Below, piece by piece: positions 27,769 to 36,916 of a stretch of DNA of 64,000 nucleotides. The DNA is from an uncultured Alphaproteobacteria bacterium. Lineage in GTDB: Bacteria > Pseudomonadota > Alphaproteobacteria > HIMB59 > GCA-002718135. The position numbers were made by a program, and so were the translations under genes. Position 1 is the first letter of the stretch. Each line of letters opens with the position of its first letter. Under the pieces are notes generated by a model. That model made no database searches and was not told the DNA's origin. It worked only from the letters and a program-made list of their open reading frames with translations. Where the stretch lies: positions 24,622 to 88,621 of the forward strand of contig CACKSN010000001.1 in the NCBI GenBank assembly GCA_902602845.1, written 5' to 3'.

Positions 27769-29266
27769 AATCTATTCTTTTCATTAAATCTTTTGTATTT
27801 TCGTAAAGATCTCTAAACAACTTATAACCTTTATTATATATTTCCTTATTTTTTGAATCAGCTATGATTTCATATTCTAGCTCATTCCATTTGTTAATAT
27901 CTTCTTTTTTTAATTCTCCAATAGTGCAAGCAGAAAGAAAGGCATCTCCATAAGAGGCTCCAATTGTTTTTTTTCTTAAAATTTGATTTAATCCACTGAC
28001 ATCAGATGTTGTTTGAGACCAAATAGTGTTTTTTGTCCCTCCTCCAACACTGTATATTTTTTCAGGTGTTGCGTTTAATTCTTTAAAAACTTCAACAACA
28101 TGATTTGTTCCGTATGATATGCCCTCAAAAATTGATCTATACATATCTGATCTTTGATGTGTTAAATCTAGACCAAAAAATGTACCTTTTGCACTTGTAT
28201 CGTGAATTGGTGTTCTTTCTCCAGAAAAATAAGGTAAGAAAATTACACCTTTTGATCCTGGTGGTGATTGCTCAGCTTCTTTTGCTAGCTTAATAAATAC
28301 ATCGTCACTAGTTATTTCTTTAGCAAAATTATTTTTAAACCAATGAGTCAATGTTCCACTTGTTGCAAGACCACCCATTGAAGAATGTTCACCTTCAAAA
28401 AGCCATGGTGAGTACCACAATCTTTTATCTGACAAAATTTTATCTGTAACCAATATGTAAAACATTGTAGATCCATACATCATCATCATATCTTTTGGCC
28501 CAATTACACCAACACTAATTGCTTCAGCTGCTGCATCAATTGTTCCTGATGTTACAATCGTGCCTTCAGCTAAACCAGTTTCATCAGATGCTGATTTTGT
28601 TATTTTACCAATTATTTCGTTTGTCCAAACTAAATTTGGCAACTTTTCTAATTCTATGATTCCATCATTAAGTTCATCACTCCAATTTTGTTTATTTATA
28701 TCATAAAGTGGACTTACGAAAGCTGCAGAAAAATGGTCTATTGTATAATTGCCAGTTAATTTATAATTAATAAAACCAGTACCATTAATTATCTTAGCAG
28801 TTTTTGAGTATATTTCTGGTCTATTATTTTTTAACCATAAAATTTTAGGACCAACTTGCTGCGAAGTAAGTACATTTCCATTAAAATTCATTATTTTTTC
28901 TTCACCTATTGAAGAATTTAAGTAGTCAATTTCTTTATGTGCACGAGTATCTACACCATATAACACACCATTCATTAGAGGTTCACCTTCTTTATCCAAG
29001 GGAAGCATACAAGGGCCAATAGTACTAGCAGATACTGCAGAAATACTTTTTGGATTGCATTTAGATTCATTAATTAATTTTTTTGAAACATATTTAAAAT
29101 CACCCCACCAATCCTCATTTGGTCTATGTTCTGCCCAACCACTTTGAGGAACAATCATTTCATGTTTTCTGGAAGCTTGATGAATAATATCTCCAGAAAG
29201 ATTAACGAGTACACCTTTTGTTTCGTATGTACCTACATCAATACCAATAAAGAGTTTTTCTGACAT
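27758..29266 (-). CDS. FGGY family carbohydrate kinase
   Basis: 502 aa. N-terminal FIGIDVGTYETKG and C-terminal VGGGTKNTIWSQ motifs. Confidence 0.88.
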   Translation of the reverse strand: MSEKLFIGIDVGTYETKGVLVNLSGDIIHQASRKHEMIVPQSGWAEHRPNEDWWGDFKYVSKKLINESKCNPKSISAVSASTIGPCMLPLDKEGEPLMNGVLYGVDTRAHKEIDYLNSSIGEEKIMNFNGNVLTSQQVGPKILWLKNNRPEIYSKTAKIINGTGFINYKLTGNYTIDHFSAAFVSPLYDINKQNWSDELNDGIIELEKLPNLVWTNEIIGKITKSASDETGLAEGTIVTSGTIDAAAEAISVGVIGPKDMMMMYGSTMFYILVTDKILSDKRLWYSPWLFEGEHSSMGGLATSGTLTHWFKNNFAKEITSDDVFIKLAKEAEQSPPGSKGVIFLPYFSGERTPIHDTSAKGTFFGLDLTHQRSDMYRSIFEGISYGTNHVVEVFKELNATPEKIYSVGGGTKNTIWSQTTSDVSGLNQILRKKTIGASYGDAFLSACTIGELKKEDINKWNELEYEIIADSKNKEIYNKGYKLFRDLYENTKDLMKRIDSNL

Positions 29267-29269
29267 TTA

Positions 29270-30373
29270 TTATCTTTGTAATTTAAATTTGTTATCAATC
29301 TTAGATATAGCAGAAACCAATAAATTTTTTAAATCAATTAAATCATTTAAATTACAAATTTCTCTAGAAGAATGTGAATAACGCATTGGGAACCCTATAT
29401 CTAATGTTGCAATTCCTTCATTTGCAAATTGTACATAGGACGCATCAGTCAAAATTCCTGAGGCTACACTTTTTTGTAAATTAATTTTTTTATTTTTTGA
29501 AATTTTTTCAAACAAATCGACAAGTGAAGGATGTGGTATTACTCCATTAAGTGTGCCTCTTCCATGAAAAGAAAATAGGCTTATACAAGGACCTTTGCCT
29601 AAATAAACATCACTTGCATAATGCATATCTGGGGTATCTGAGGTTAAAGTTAAATCTACTTGTATCGCAATGTTAGGTTTCAGAGTATTTATTACTGGCA
29701 AAATACCTCTGAGATTAAATTCTTCTTGAACTGAGAAAACTATATGAACTGTTGGTTTATTTTTTTGTTTTGCTAAAGACTGAGCTACTTTTAATATAAC
29801 TGCACACCCCGCTCTATCATCTATTGAAGAACCACAAACATTATTATTATTTAAAGATTTAAAAAACGGAGCGTAAGTCACTGGACTTCCAACGTCTATT
29901 CCACTGTTTAAAGCATCTTTTTTGTTATTAAAACCCGCATCTATATATAAATCCTTAATTTTTATGACATTATACTTTTCGTCTAATTCAGTAGCATGGT
30001 GTGATTTGTGAGCAATTATTCCTTTAAGTAATTTATTTTTTTTATTTACTATAACAACATCTTGAGAAGGAAGTGCTCTTTCTGGAACACCACCTACTCT
30101 TTCAACTCTTAAAAATCCGTTAGAGTCTATTTTTTTTACTATGAAACCCAATTGATCCATATGAGCAAATAAAATTACTGAAGGAAGAGATTCATCTCCT
30201 TTTAAAGTACAAACTAGATTTCCTAGAATATCAGTTTTTGATTTAAGTGAATTTTTCTTTAACTCATTAGATATGAATTTATTAACTTCTACTTCATGGC
30301 CTGACAAACCCGATATTGAAACTAATTCTTGAAGAAGTTGGCTTAATTTTTTACTTTCACTTATACTAGCCAT
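29270..30373 (-). CDS. M42 family metallopeptidase (FrvX/SgcX-like)
   Basis: 367 aa. HMDQLGF, SIDDRAGC and QEEFNLRG motifs of the M42 family. Confidence 0.86.
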   Translation of the reverse strand: MASISESKKLSQLLQELVSISGLSGHEVEVNKFISNELKKNSLKSKTDILGNLVCTLKGDESLPSVILFAHMDQLGFIVKKIDSNGFLRVERVGGVPERALPSQDVVIVNKKNKLLKGIIAHKSHHATELDEKYNVIKIKDLYIDAGFNNKKDALNSGIDVGSPVTYAPFFKSLNNNNVCGSSIDDRAGCAVILKVAQSLAKQKNKPTVHIVFSVQEEFNLRGILPVINTLKPNIAIQVDLTLTSDTPDMHYASDVYLGKGPCISLFSFHGRGTLNGVIPHPSLVDLFEKISKNKKINLQKSVASGILTDASYVQFANEGIATLDIGFPMRYSHSSREICNLNDLIDLKNLLVSAISKIDNKFKLQR

Positions 30374-31181
30374 TTTTTCTTATTGCTCTTACTTTTGTCA
30401 TAAAACTTTTTGCTCTTTTTGGATCAACATTATTCCAAGTATTACTTTTATATTTTAAGGAGGAGCCAATAATTACACCATCTGTTACTTTTAAAATATC
30501 CTCTACATTATCTAAATTTACTCCGGTGTTAGCTAAAACAGGAACATTAGGAATTTTTTTTGAAACTTCTTCTATTTCATCTATTTTTGCTGATTGACCA
30601 GTAATTTGTCCGGAAACTAAAACTGCATCAGGAATAGATGAAAATACAGTACTTTCAGCACGCTCAGCAATAGTTCTTCTATCAAGAGAGTATGCAAATT
30701 CAGCTGAAATATTATAATACATTTGCAAATCTTTCCGACCTAAAGAATTTCTGTATCGCATTGCTTTTCCTGCATCAGGACTCCATATTCCCATATCAGA
30801 GGCATAAGTTCCTGAAAAGATTTCACGAACGAAATGTGCATTTGTAGAAGCTGCTAAAGCAATAGTGCTGATTGGATCCCATAAAACATTAACACCAAAT
30901 GGAATTTTGAGTTTATCTTTAACTCTACCAATCATAAAAGCCATGGTTGAGAGTGAAGCTTTATTTACATTTAATTCATAAGGCCTATCATTTTCATTAC
31001 CAAACATAACTGCATCAACACCTGCATTTTGTAAATTTTTTAAATCAGAATCAATTGAGTTTAGAATAAAATCTGGACCTTTTTTTTCATCATAAAGTGG
31101 CGAACCAGGTAATGCAGGAAAATGAACCATAGCAATAATAGGTTTTTTTGTTTTAAAAAGTTTAAAAAATTTTTGTTTCAT
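30366..31181 (-). CDS. BtpA/SgcQ family protein
   Basis: 271 aa. IIAMVHFPALPGSPLY N-terminal signature of the BtpA/SgcQ TIM-barrel family. Confidence 0.85.
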   Translation of the reverse strand: MKQKFFKLFKTKKPIIAMVHFPALPGSPLYDEKKGPDFILNSIDSDLKNLQNAGVDAVMFGNENDRPYELNVNKASLSTMAFMIGRVKDKLKIPFGVNVLWDPISTIALAASTNAHFVREIFSGTYASDMGIWSPDAGKAMRYRNSLGRKDLQMYYNISAEFAYSLDRRTIAERAESTVFSSIPDAVLVSGQITGQSAKIDEIEEVSKKIPNVPVLANTGVNLDNVEDILKVTDGVIIGSSLKYKSNTWNNVDPKRAKSFMTKVRAIRKNG

Positions 31182-31183
31182 GT

Positions 31184-32188
31184 TTAAAGAGCTTCAGCTT
31201 TAGACAGAGAATGAACATTTTCAATTCTTGCAGTTTCTAAATCTTTATCATTTATATTTAATTTTTGTCCTATAAAATCTTCTATTGAATTAATCAATGC
31301 ATAAGCATCAAAACCATAATATTTGGCTAAATATTGCTTAGAACCGCCATGAGCAAATGTATCATTTAATCCTAATTTTATTAATTTCTTTGATAAGCCA
31401 TGTTTAGATATAATTTCAGAAATTATAGTTCCTAAACCACCATTAACTAAATGGTTTTCCATAGTAATAACACCAAACTTAACGTTACTTATTAAATCTA
31501 TAATTTTCTTTTCTTTAAATGGTTTTAATGTGTGAATATGTACATGTAAAATTGAGATACCTGCACTTGCTATTGCTGCTCTTGCTCGTAATGCCTCTTC
31601 AGTACAAATGCCTGTTGTAACTAACATAATATCATTACCTCGATTAAGGATTCTAATATCGCCTATTTTTAAAGGTGTATTAAATAATCTTGGAACTGAA
31701 CCTCTCAAAATTCTACAATAAACAGGACCTTCAATTTTATCTACCTCCTCACATATGCTTTCTACCTCTGATGCATCACCAGTTTCAATAACTGTCATAT
31801 TGGGTATAGTTCTAAAAATTGAAATATCTTCTATAGCCTGATGTGTCATACCAGCTGGTGTTGTAATACCTGGTAGGAATCCCATGATTCTCACTTTCCT
31901 ACATGGGTAAGCTATTGAGGCTAATAATTGATCATATGGTCTTCGATAAGCAAATACTCCAAATGTATGTATGAAAGGAATAAAACCACTCATTGCTAAA
32001 CCACCTGCAAAACTCATCATATTTTGCTCTGCCATTCCCATTGATATAAATTGTTTAGGATATTCATCTCTAAATATATCAACTTCACAAGAAGACGTTA
32101 AATCACCAGACAAACATAAAATATTTTTATTTTTAGAAGCGTAACTTTTAAACGAATAACTATAGGGTTTATTTACGACTTCAATCAT
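31184..32188 (-). CDS. transketolase, C-terminal (pyrimidine-binding) subunit
   Basis: 334 aa. MGMAEQNMMSFAGGLA and HQAIEDI motifs. Paired with the N-terminal subunit gene 1 nt upstream. Confidence 0.9.
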   Translation of the reverse strand: MIEVVNKPYSYSFKSYASKNKNILCLSGDLTSSCEVDIFRDEYPKQFISMGMAEQNMMSFAGGLAMSGFIPFIHTFGVFAYRRPYDQLLASIAYPCRKVRIMGFLPGITTPAGMTHQAIEDISIFRTIPNMTVIETGDASEVESICEEVDKIEGPVYCRILRGSVPRLFNTPLKIGDIRILNRGNDIMLVTTGICTEEALRARAAIASAGISILHVHIHTLKPFKEKKIIDLISNVKFGVITMENHLVNGGLGTIISEIISKHGLSKKLIKLGLNDTFAHGGSKQYLAKYYGFDAYALINSIEDFIGQKLNINDKDLETARIENVHSLSKAEAL

Positions 32189-32189
32189 A

Positions 32190-33110
32190 TCAATATTGTA
32201 TAGGACTTATTCCCAATTCTTTTGATATCTCATTATTCATTTTTTCTCTTTCCTCTTCTGATTTAAATCGAACATAATGCAACCGAGGAAATCTTGTCTT
32301 TAAATACTTCATTCCTTTGTAAGGTGATGTTCTAGCGAGAATTATTAACGGTTTACCAATATGGTTTTCATTTTTAGCCTGTCTCATTGCATTTATATCG
32401 TGACCATCTATCTCTATACATTTTGCTCCAAAAGAATTGATTTTTTTAAGAATATTACCAATATCTAATACATCAGACATAGCTCCATCAACTTGTTGTT
32501 CATTAACATCTACAATCGCCCACAAATTATCTAAGTTATAATAAACACTAACTTGAAGAGCTTCCCATATTTGACCTTCTTGCAATTCCCCATCAGACAT
32601 AAATACACAGGTTTGTCCTTTTTCATTTTTTAGTTTTCTACCATAAGCAATACCGGCAGCTGTAGATAATCCAATACCTAAAGTACCGTTATGCATTTCC
32701 ATTCCAGGTGAATGTTCTGCTCCAATTATTTCTACAGATGAACCATCTTTATTAAACATAGATAATGCCTCGGGTGACATACGACCAACTTCAATTAATG
32801 TGGCATAAGCAACTAGAGCATAATGAGCTGGAGCAAAAATTAGCCTATCATATTCACTTCCTGTTGGCCCGTTATATCCAGCACCTGTTTTATAACTTTT
32901 GTTATTTATATTTGGTACACCCTTAAATTTTTCAGGTACACTTGGTAAAATTGAATCTCCAAGATAAAGAGCTTCATTATATAACCAAGCCAGTTGTTCT
33001 GCAGAAGAGCAAGCTTGACTCAAATAAGCGCCATTGTTTTTAATACAATGTTCAAATACTCGTCTTCTTATTCCTAAAGCTATATCCTCAGAGTTTAATT
33101 TATTTATCAC
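32190..33110 (-). CDS. transketolase, N-terminal (TPP-binding) subunit
   Basis: 306 aa. SDGELQEGQIWEA thiamine-diphosphate binding motif. Confidence 0.9.
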   Translation of the reverse strand: MINKLNSEDIALGIRRRVFEHCIKNNGAYLSQACSSAEQLAWLYNEALYLGDSILPSVPEKFKGVPNINNKSYKTGAGYNGPTGSEYDRLIFAPAHYALVAYATLIEVGRMSPEALSMFNKDGSSVEIIGAEHSPGMEMHNGTLGIGLSTAAGIAYGRKLKNEKGQTCVFMSDGELQEGQIWEALQVSVYYNLDNLWAIVDVNEQQVDGAMSDVLDIGNILKKINSFGAKCIEIDGHDINAMRQAKNENHIGKPLIILARTSPYKGMKYLKTRFPRLHYVRFKSEEEREKMNNEISKELGISPIQY

Positions 33111-33118
33111 TTAATAAA

Positions 33119-33571
33119 TTAAATAATCCAAACGGTTCCATCAGGTTTTAGAACTCCCTTTGTGAACATAAAACATCCATAAGGACGAGTATCACTAGTG
33201 GTTATAACTGCCATAGCTTTTTTTGCTTCGACATAAAATTTCTGACGCTCAACTGAACCTACTACCCAATTATTTCCAGATACTTTTTTTACGGTATCTA
33301 TTAAATCTTGGTGAACTTCATTTACTTCATTTGGTTTGCCATCTATTTCCATTCTTTCAACAGGATGTGGTATAAAACTATCTAGTGGAAAATGTGTTAG
33401 AAGAGCTTCTGCAGCTTGAGGAATATTTAGTCCATCCATTCTATATAATTTATTTGCATGAGAATATGATGGAAAATTAGCATCGCTCAATACAAACTTA
33501 TCTCCGTGACCCATAGATCTAATTAATTGAAGTATCTCTGGACTAATTAAAGGATTTACATTTATTAACAT
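33119..33571 (-). CDS. RbsD/FucU family sugar mutarotase
   Basis: 150 aa. The MGHGDKFVLSDANFP motif is typical of FucU/RbsD. Confidence 0.85.
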   Translation of the reverse strand: MLINVNPLISPEILQLIRSMGHGDKFVLSDANFPSYSHANKLYRMDGLNIPQAAEALLTHFPLDSFIPHPVERMEIDGKPNEVNEVHQDLIDTVKKVSGNNWVVGSVERQKFYVEAKKAMAVITTSDTRPYGCFMFTKGVLKPDGTVWII

Positions 33572-33606
33572 ACTAAACTCTCTCTTTTATAATAAAGTAT
33601 ATCACA

Positions 33607-35967
33607 TTACTCTCCATAGGGAATCCAAATATTTTTAATTTGTGTACTTTGATATAGAAATTCATTTAAAAATATCTCCTCATTATTGTACCAATCAATA
33701 TTTTTTGAATTTGGACACCAATATCTCTTAAGGTTCGATATAGTATTCTTAATTATTTTTCTTCTATCAATATCACTCTGGCTAAATAACCATATACCAT
33801 CAATATTCTCATGTTCAGACAAAATTTTATTTAAACTATTTTGTTTAGTTGTAAGAAAATTTACATAACCAGATGGCACATCAGATGTATCTAACAATTG
33901 ATACATTTCAGATGCAATTAAGGACGTTTTCTCACCAGGTATTATTATGCTTGCATTACCTACAGAAAAATTAGCGCTTAATACAGTAATCAAACTCAAT
34001 AATGGAAATTGATCATTCAGAATGGAAGCAATTAATCCTATAGGCTCTTTTACAGCTAATGTTAGTCCTCGCATTGGTGGATTATGAATGCTACCTTCAA
34101 ATTTATCTGCCATTGATGCATAGTAGAAAATTCTTTCTTTTGATATATCAAATTCTTTCTTTGTTTCATTTTTTTGTAAACCTGTAAGTGAAGATAATAA
34201 TTCAACAAAATTATTTTCTTTGTCTTGTAAATTTTCAGCTAAATAAAATAGAATTTGTGATCTATTAAAGCTACTTATTTGTTTATCTTTAGCTTTTGAT
34301 GAAATTTCAACTGTATCTCTTACATCTTTTCTATTAGCATTTGGAACATCACAAATAAATTTATTTTTGATATCAAAAATAGGAAATGAATATCCACTAT
34401 CTGGTCTTTTTTGCTTGCCTCCAATATATAATTTAGGTGTTTTATCAATATGCTTATTCTTATAAATCGATTTATTAGTTTTAATTCTAGCTTTGTTTAA
34501 GACAGGTAATTCATATTTTGTATAAGCTCTTATTCCTTCCGATCCTCCCTCTCTTCCAAACCCACTTTCTTTGTAACCGCCAAATCCACATGCAGCATCA
34601 AAAAGATTTGTCGAATTTATCCAAATTACTCCAGCTTTTATTTTAGGAGCAATGTCTAAAGTTAAGTTAATATTTTCTGACCAAATACTTGCTGCAAGAC
34701 CATAGGGAGTGTTATTTGCAATCGTAACGGCTTCAGACGGAGTTCTAAAAGAGAGACAAGTTAAAACTGGGCCAAAAATTTCTACCTGAGCAATAAATGA
34801 TGCAGGAGTAACATTTGTAAATAAAGATGGTGGGTAAAACAAACCATTAGTTGGACAAGACCATGAAGGCTGCCATAATTTGTTACCCTCTCTTTCAGCC
34901 TTTTTTACTAAACTATTTATTTTTTGAAGTTGAACTGGGGCAACTATTGCTCCTATATCAATAGATTTATCCAAAGGATTTCCTACTCTTAATTTTTCCA
35001 TTCTCTTTTTTAATTTGTTAATAAATTTTTTTTCAATACTCTCTTGAACTAATAACCTTGATCCAGCACAACAAACTTGACCCTGATTAAACCAAATAGC
35101 ATCCACTACTCCTTCAACTGCACTATCTAGATCTGCATCCTCAAAAACTATAAATGGAGATTTGCCTCCTAATTCCATAGTGAGTTTTGTATTTGGGTCA
35201 GAATTATTTTTGATTATTTTTTTTCCAACCTCAGTAGAGCCTGTAAATGCAATTTTTTTAATTTCTTTGTGAGAAGTTATATGTTCACCTGTAGATCCAT
35301 CACCAGTAATTATATTTATTACACCTTCTGGTAAATTAGCTCTCTGACAAAGTTCTGCAAAATAAAGAGCAGTGAGAGAAGTATATTCTGCAGGTTTAAG
35401 CACAACTGTATTTCCAGTAGCTATAGCTGGTGCAATTTTCCATGCCAGCATTAATAAAGGAAAGTTCCACGGTATTATTTGTCCAATCACCCCAATCGGT
35501 TTATTGTTAGAGCTAGTGTCTTTAGATGACCAACCTGCATGATAATAAAAGTGTCTTGCTACTAAGGGAACGTCAATATCTCTTGTTTCTCTTATAGGTT
35601 TACCATTGTCTATAGTTTCAAGAACAGAAATAAATCTCGAATTTTTTTGTATCATTCTAGCTAAAGCATAGAGATATTTTGATCTTTCAAAACCAGTAAG
35701 TTTAGACCATTTTGGAAATGCATTTTTAGCAGCTCTTACTGCATTATCTACATCTTTTTTTGATGATACAGATAATTTTCCTAAAATTTTTTTATTGCTG
35801 GGATTAATTATATCTAATTTTTTTGTTCCAGAAGATTTAACAAATTTATTATTAATAAAAATTTTATTTGGTTTATTTAGATTTTTAATCCATTCATAAA
35901 CTTCTTCGCTATCCTCAGGTGCAGGTCCGTATGATAATTTATTGAAATTTTTAATTATTTTATCCAT
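33607..35967 (-). CDS. aldehyde dehydrogenase fused to a truncated second ALDH-like domain
   Basis: 786 aa. The N-terminal ~490 aa is a canonical ALDH (ELGGKSP general base, FNQGQVCCAGSR catalytic Cys). The C-terminal ~290 aa repeats the ALDH N-terminal/NAD-binding pattern (KLYIGGK..., EPIGLIASI...FPLL) but lacks both catalytic motifs. Confidence 0.86.
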   Translation of the reverse strand: MDKIIKNFNKLSYGPAPEDSEEVYEWIKNLNKPNKIFINNKFVKSSGTKKLDIINPSNKKILGKLSVSSKKDVDNAVRAAKNAFPKWSKLTGFERSKYLYALARMIQKNSRFISVLETIDNGKPIRETRDIDVPLVARHFYYHAGWSSKDTSSNNKPIGVIGQIIPWNFPLLMLAWKIAPAIATGNTVVLKPAEYTSLTALYFAELCQRANLPEGVINIITGDGSTGEHITSHKEIKKIAFTGSTEVGKKIIKNNSDPNTKLTMELGGKSPFIVFEDADLDSAVEGVVDAIWFNQGQVCCAGSRLLVQESIEKKFINKLKKRMEKLRVGNPLDKSIDIGAIVAPVQLQKINSLVKKAEREGNKLWQPSWSCPTNGLFYPPSLFTNVTPASFIAQVEIFGPVLTCLSFRTPSEAVTIANNTPYGLAASIWSENINLTLDIAPKIKAGVIWINSTNLFDAACGFGGYKESGFGREGGSEGIRAYTKYELPVLNKARIKTNKSIYKNKHIDKTPKLYIGGKQKRPDSGYSFPIFDIKNKFICDVPNANRKDVRDTVEISSKAKDKQISSFNRSQILFYLAENLQDKENNFVELLSSLTGLQKNETKKEFDISKERIFYYASMADKFEGSIHNPPMRGLTLAVKEPIGLIASILNDQFPLLSLITVLSANFSVGNASIIIPGEKTSLIASEMYQLLDTSDVPSGYVNFLTTKQNSLNKILSEHENIDGIWLFSQSDIDRRKIIKNTISNLKRYWCPNSKNIDWYNNEEIFLNEFLYQSTQIKNIWIPYGE

Positions 35968-35968
35968 C

Positions 35969-36913
35969 TCAACTTATAGCTAGCTTTTCTTTATTTGCAT
36001 ATCTTCCACTTGTGAAATGATATAATTGTCTTTCTATATCAATTAATAAACTAGAGGCTCCAATTCGCAATAATTTAGGATTTACCCACTCAAAACCAAG
36101 CTCCTCAGCAACTAAAATTAAAAATTCTAAAACTGATTTTGAAGTAGATATTCCTCCTGCTGGCTTAAAACCAATCTTTTTTCCTGTAAAATTATAAAAA
36201 TCTCTTATCATACGCAACATAACTAAACTATTATTCAGATTGGCATTTGTACTTTCTTTTCCAGTAGAAGTTTTAATAAAATCAGCTCCAGCCATCATGC
36301 AAACTAATGAAGCTTTTGCTACATTTCGAAGAGTTTCTAAATCACCAACACCAAGAATGGCTTTAATTTTTGTCTTTCCTGCTGTTTTTTTAAAACTTCT
36401 GACCTCATCATATAATTTTTTCCAATTATTTTGTAAAACAAATCCTCTATTGATCACTATATCAATTTCATCAGCTCCATCTTTTATTGAATCAGTAATT
36501 TCTTTTTTTCTTGTTGAGAAAGATGATAAACCTGCAGGAAAACCTGTTGAAACTGCTGCAATAGGTAATTTTTTATCAATGATTTTTTTACAGTCTTTAA
36601 TTAAGTGGTGATATACACATATAGCGCCAACTTTGACATCATTTGTGTTTAGATTTAAATTTTGCAAAATCATATTGTCTATTGGATTTAATGCTTTTTG
36701 ACATAATCTTTCTACTTTACCAAAGGTATCGTCACCACTTAAAGTAGTTAAATCTATAAGCGTTATTGCTTTTAATAACCAAGCTACTTGGAATTCTTTC
36801 TTAACAGTTCTTCTTTTTACTAAAGTGCTTGTTCTTCTTTCAACTGCGCTTAAATTAATTTTTACATTATTGATCCAACTTGTATCCAAATCAAAAAAAA
36901 TTTTATTACTCAT
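35969..36913 (-). CDS. deoC: deoxyribose-phosphate aldolase (long form)
   Basis: 314 aa. The ADFIKTSTGK Schiff-base lysine block and the DIVI and GFKPAGG motifs. Length resembles the ~318-aa eukaryote-type DERA. Confidence 0.86.
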   Translation of the reverse strand: MSNKIFFDLDTSWINNVKINLSAVERRTSTLVKRRTVKKEFQVAWLLKAITLIDLTTLSGDDTFGKVERLCQKALNPIDNMILQNLNLNTNDVKVGAICVYHHLIKDCKKIIDKKLPIAAVSTGFPAGLSSFSTRKKEITDSIKDGADEIDIVINRGFVLQNNWKKLYDEVRSFKKTAGKTKIKAILGVGDLETLRNVAKASLVCMMAGADFIKTSTGKESTNANLNNSLVMLRMIRDFYNFTGKKIGFKPAGGISTSKSVLEFLILVAEELGFEWVNPKLLRIGASSLLIDIERQLYHFTSGRYANKEKLAIS

Positions 36914-36916
36914 ATC

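Noticed and set aside
36240-36611. 123-aa plus-strand ORF inside deoC
   Set aside because: It is antisense to a DeoC gene with the catalytic-lysine block, and has no features of its own.
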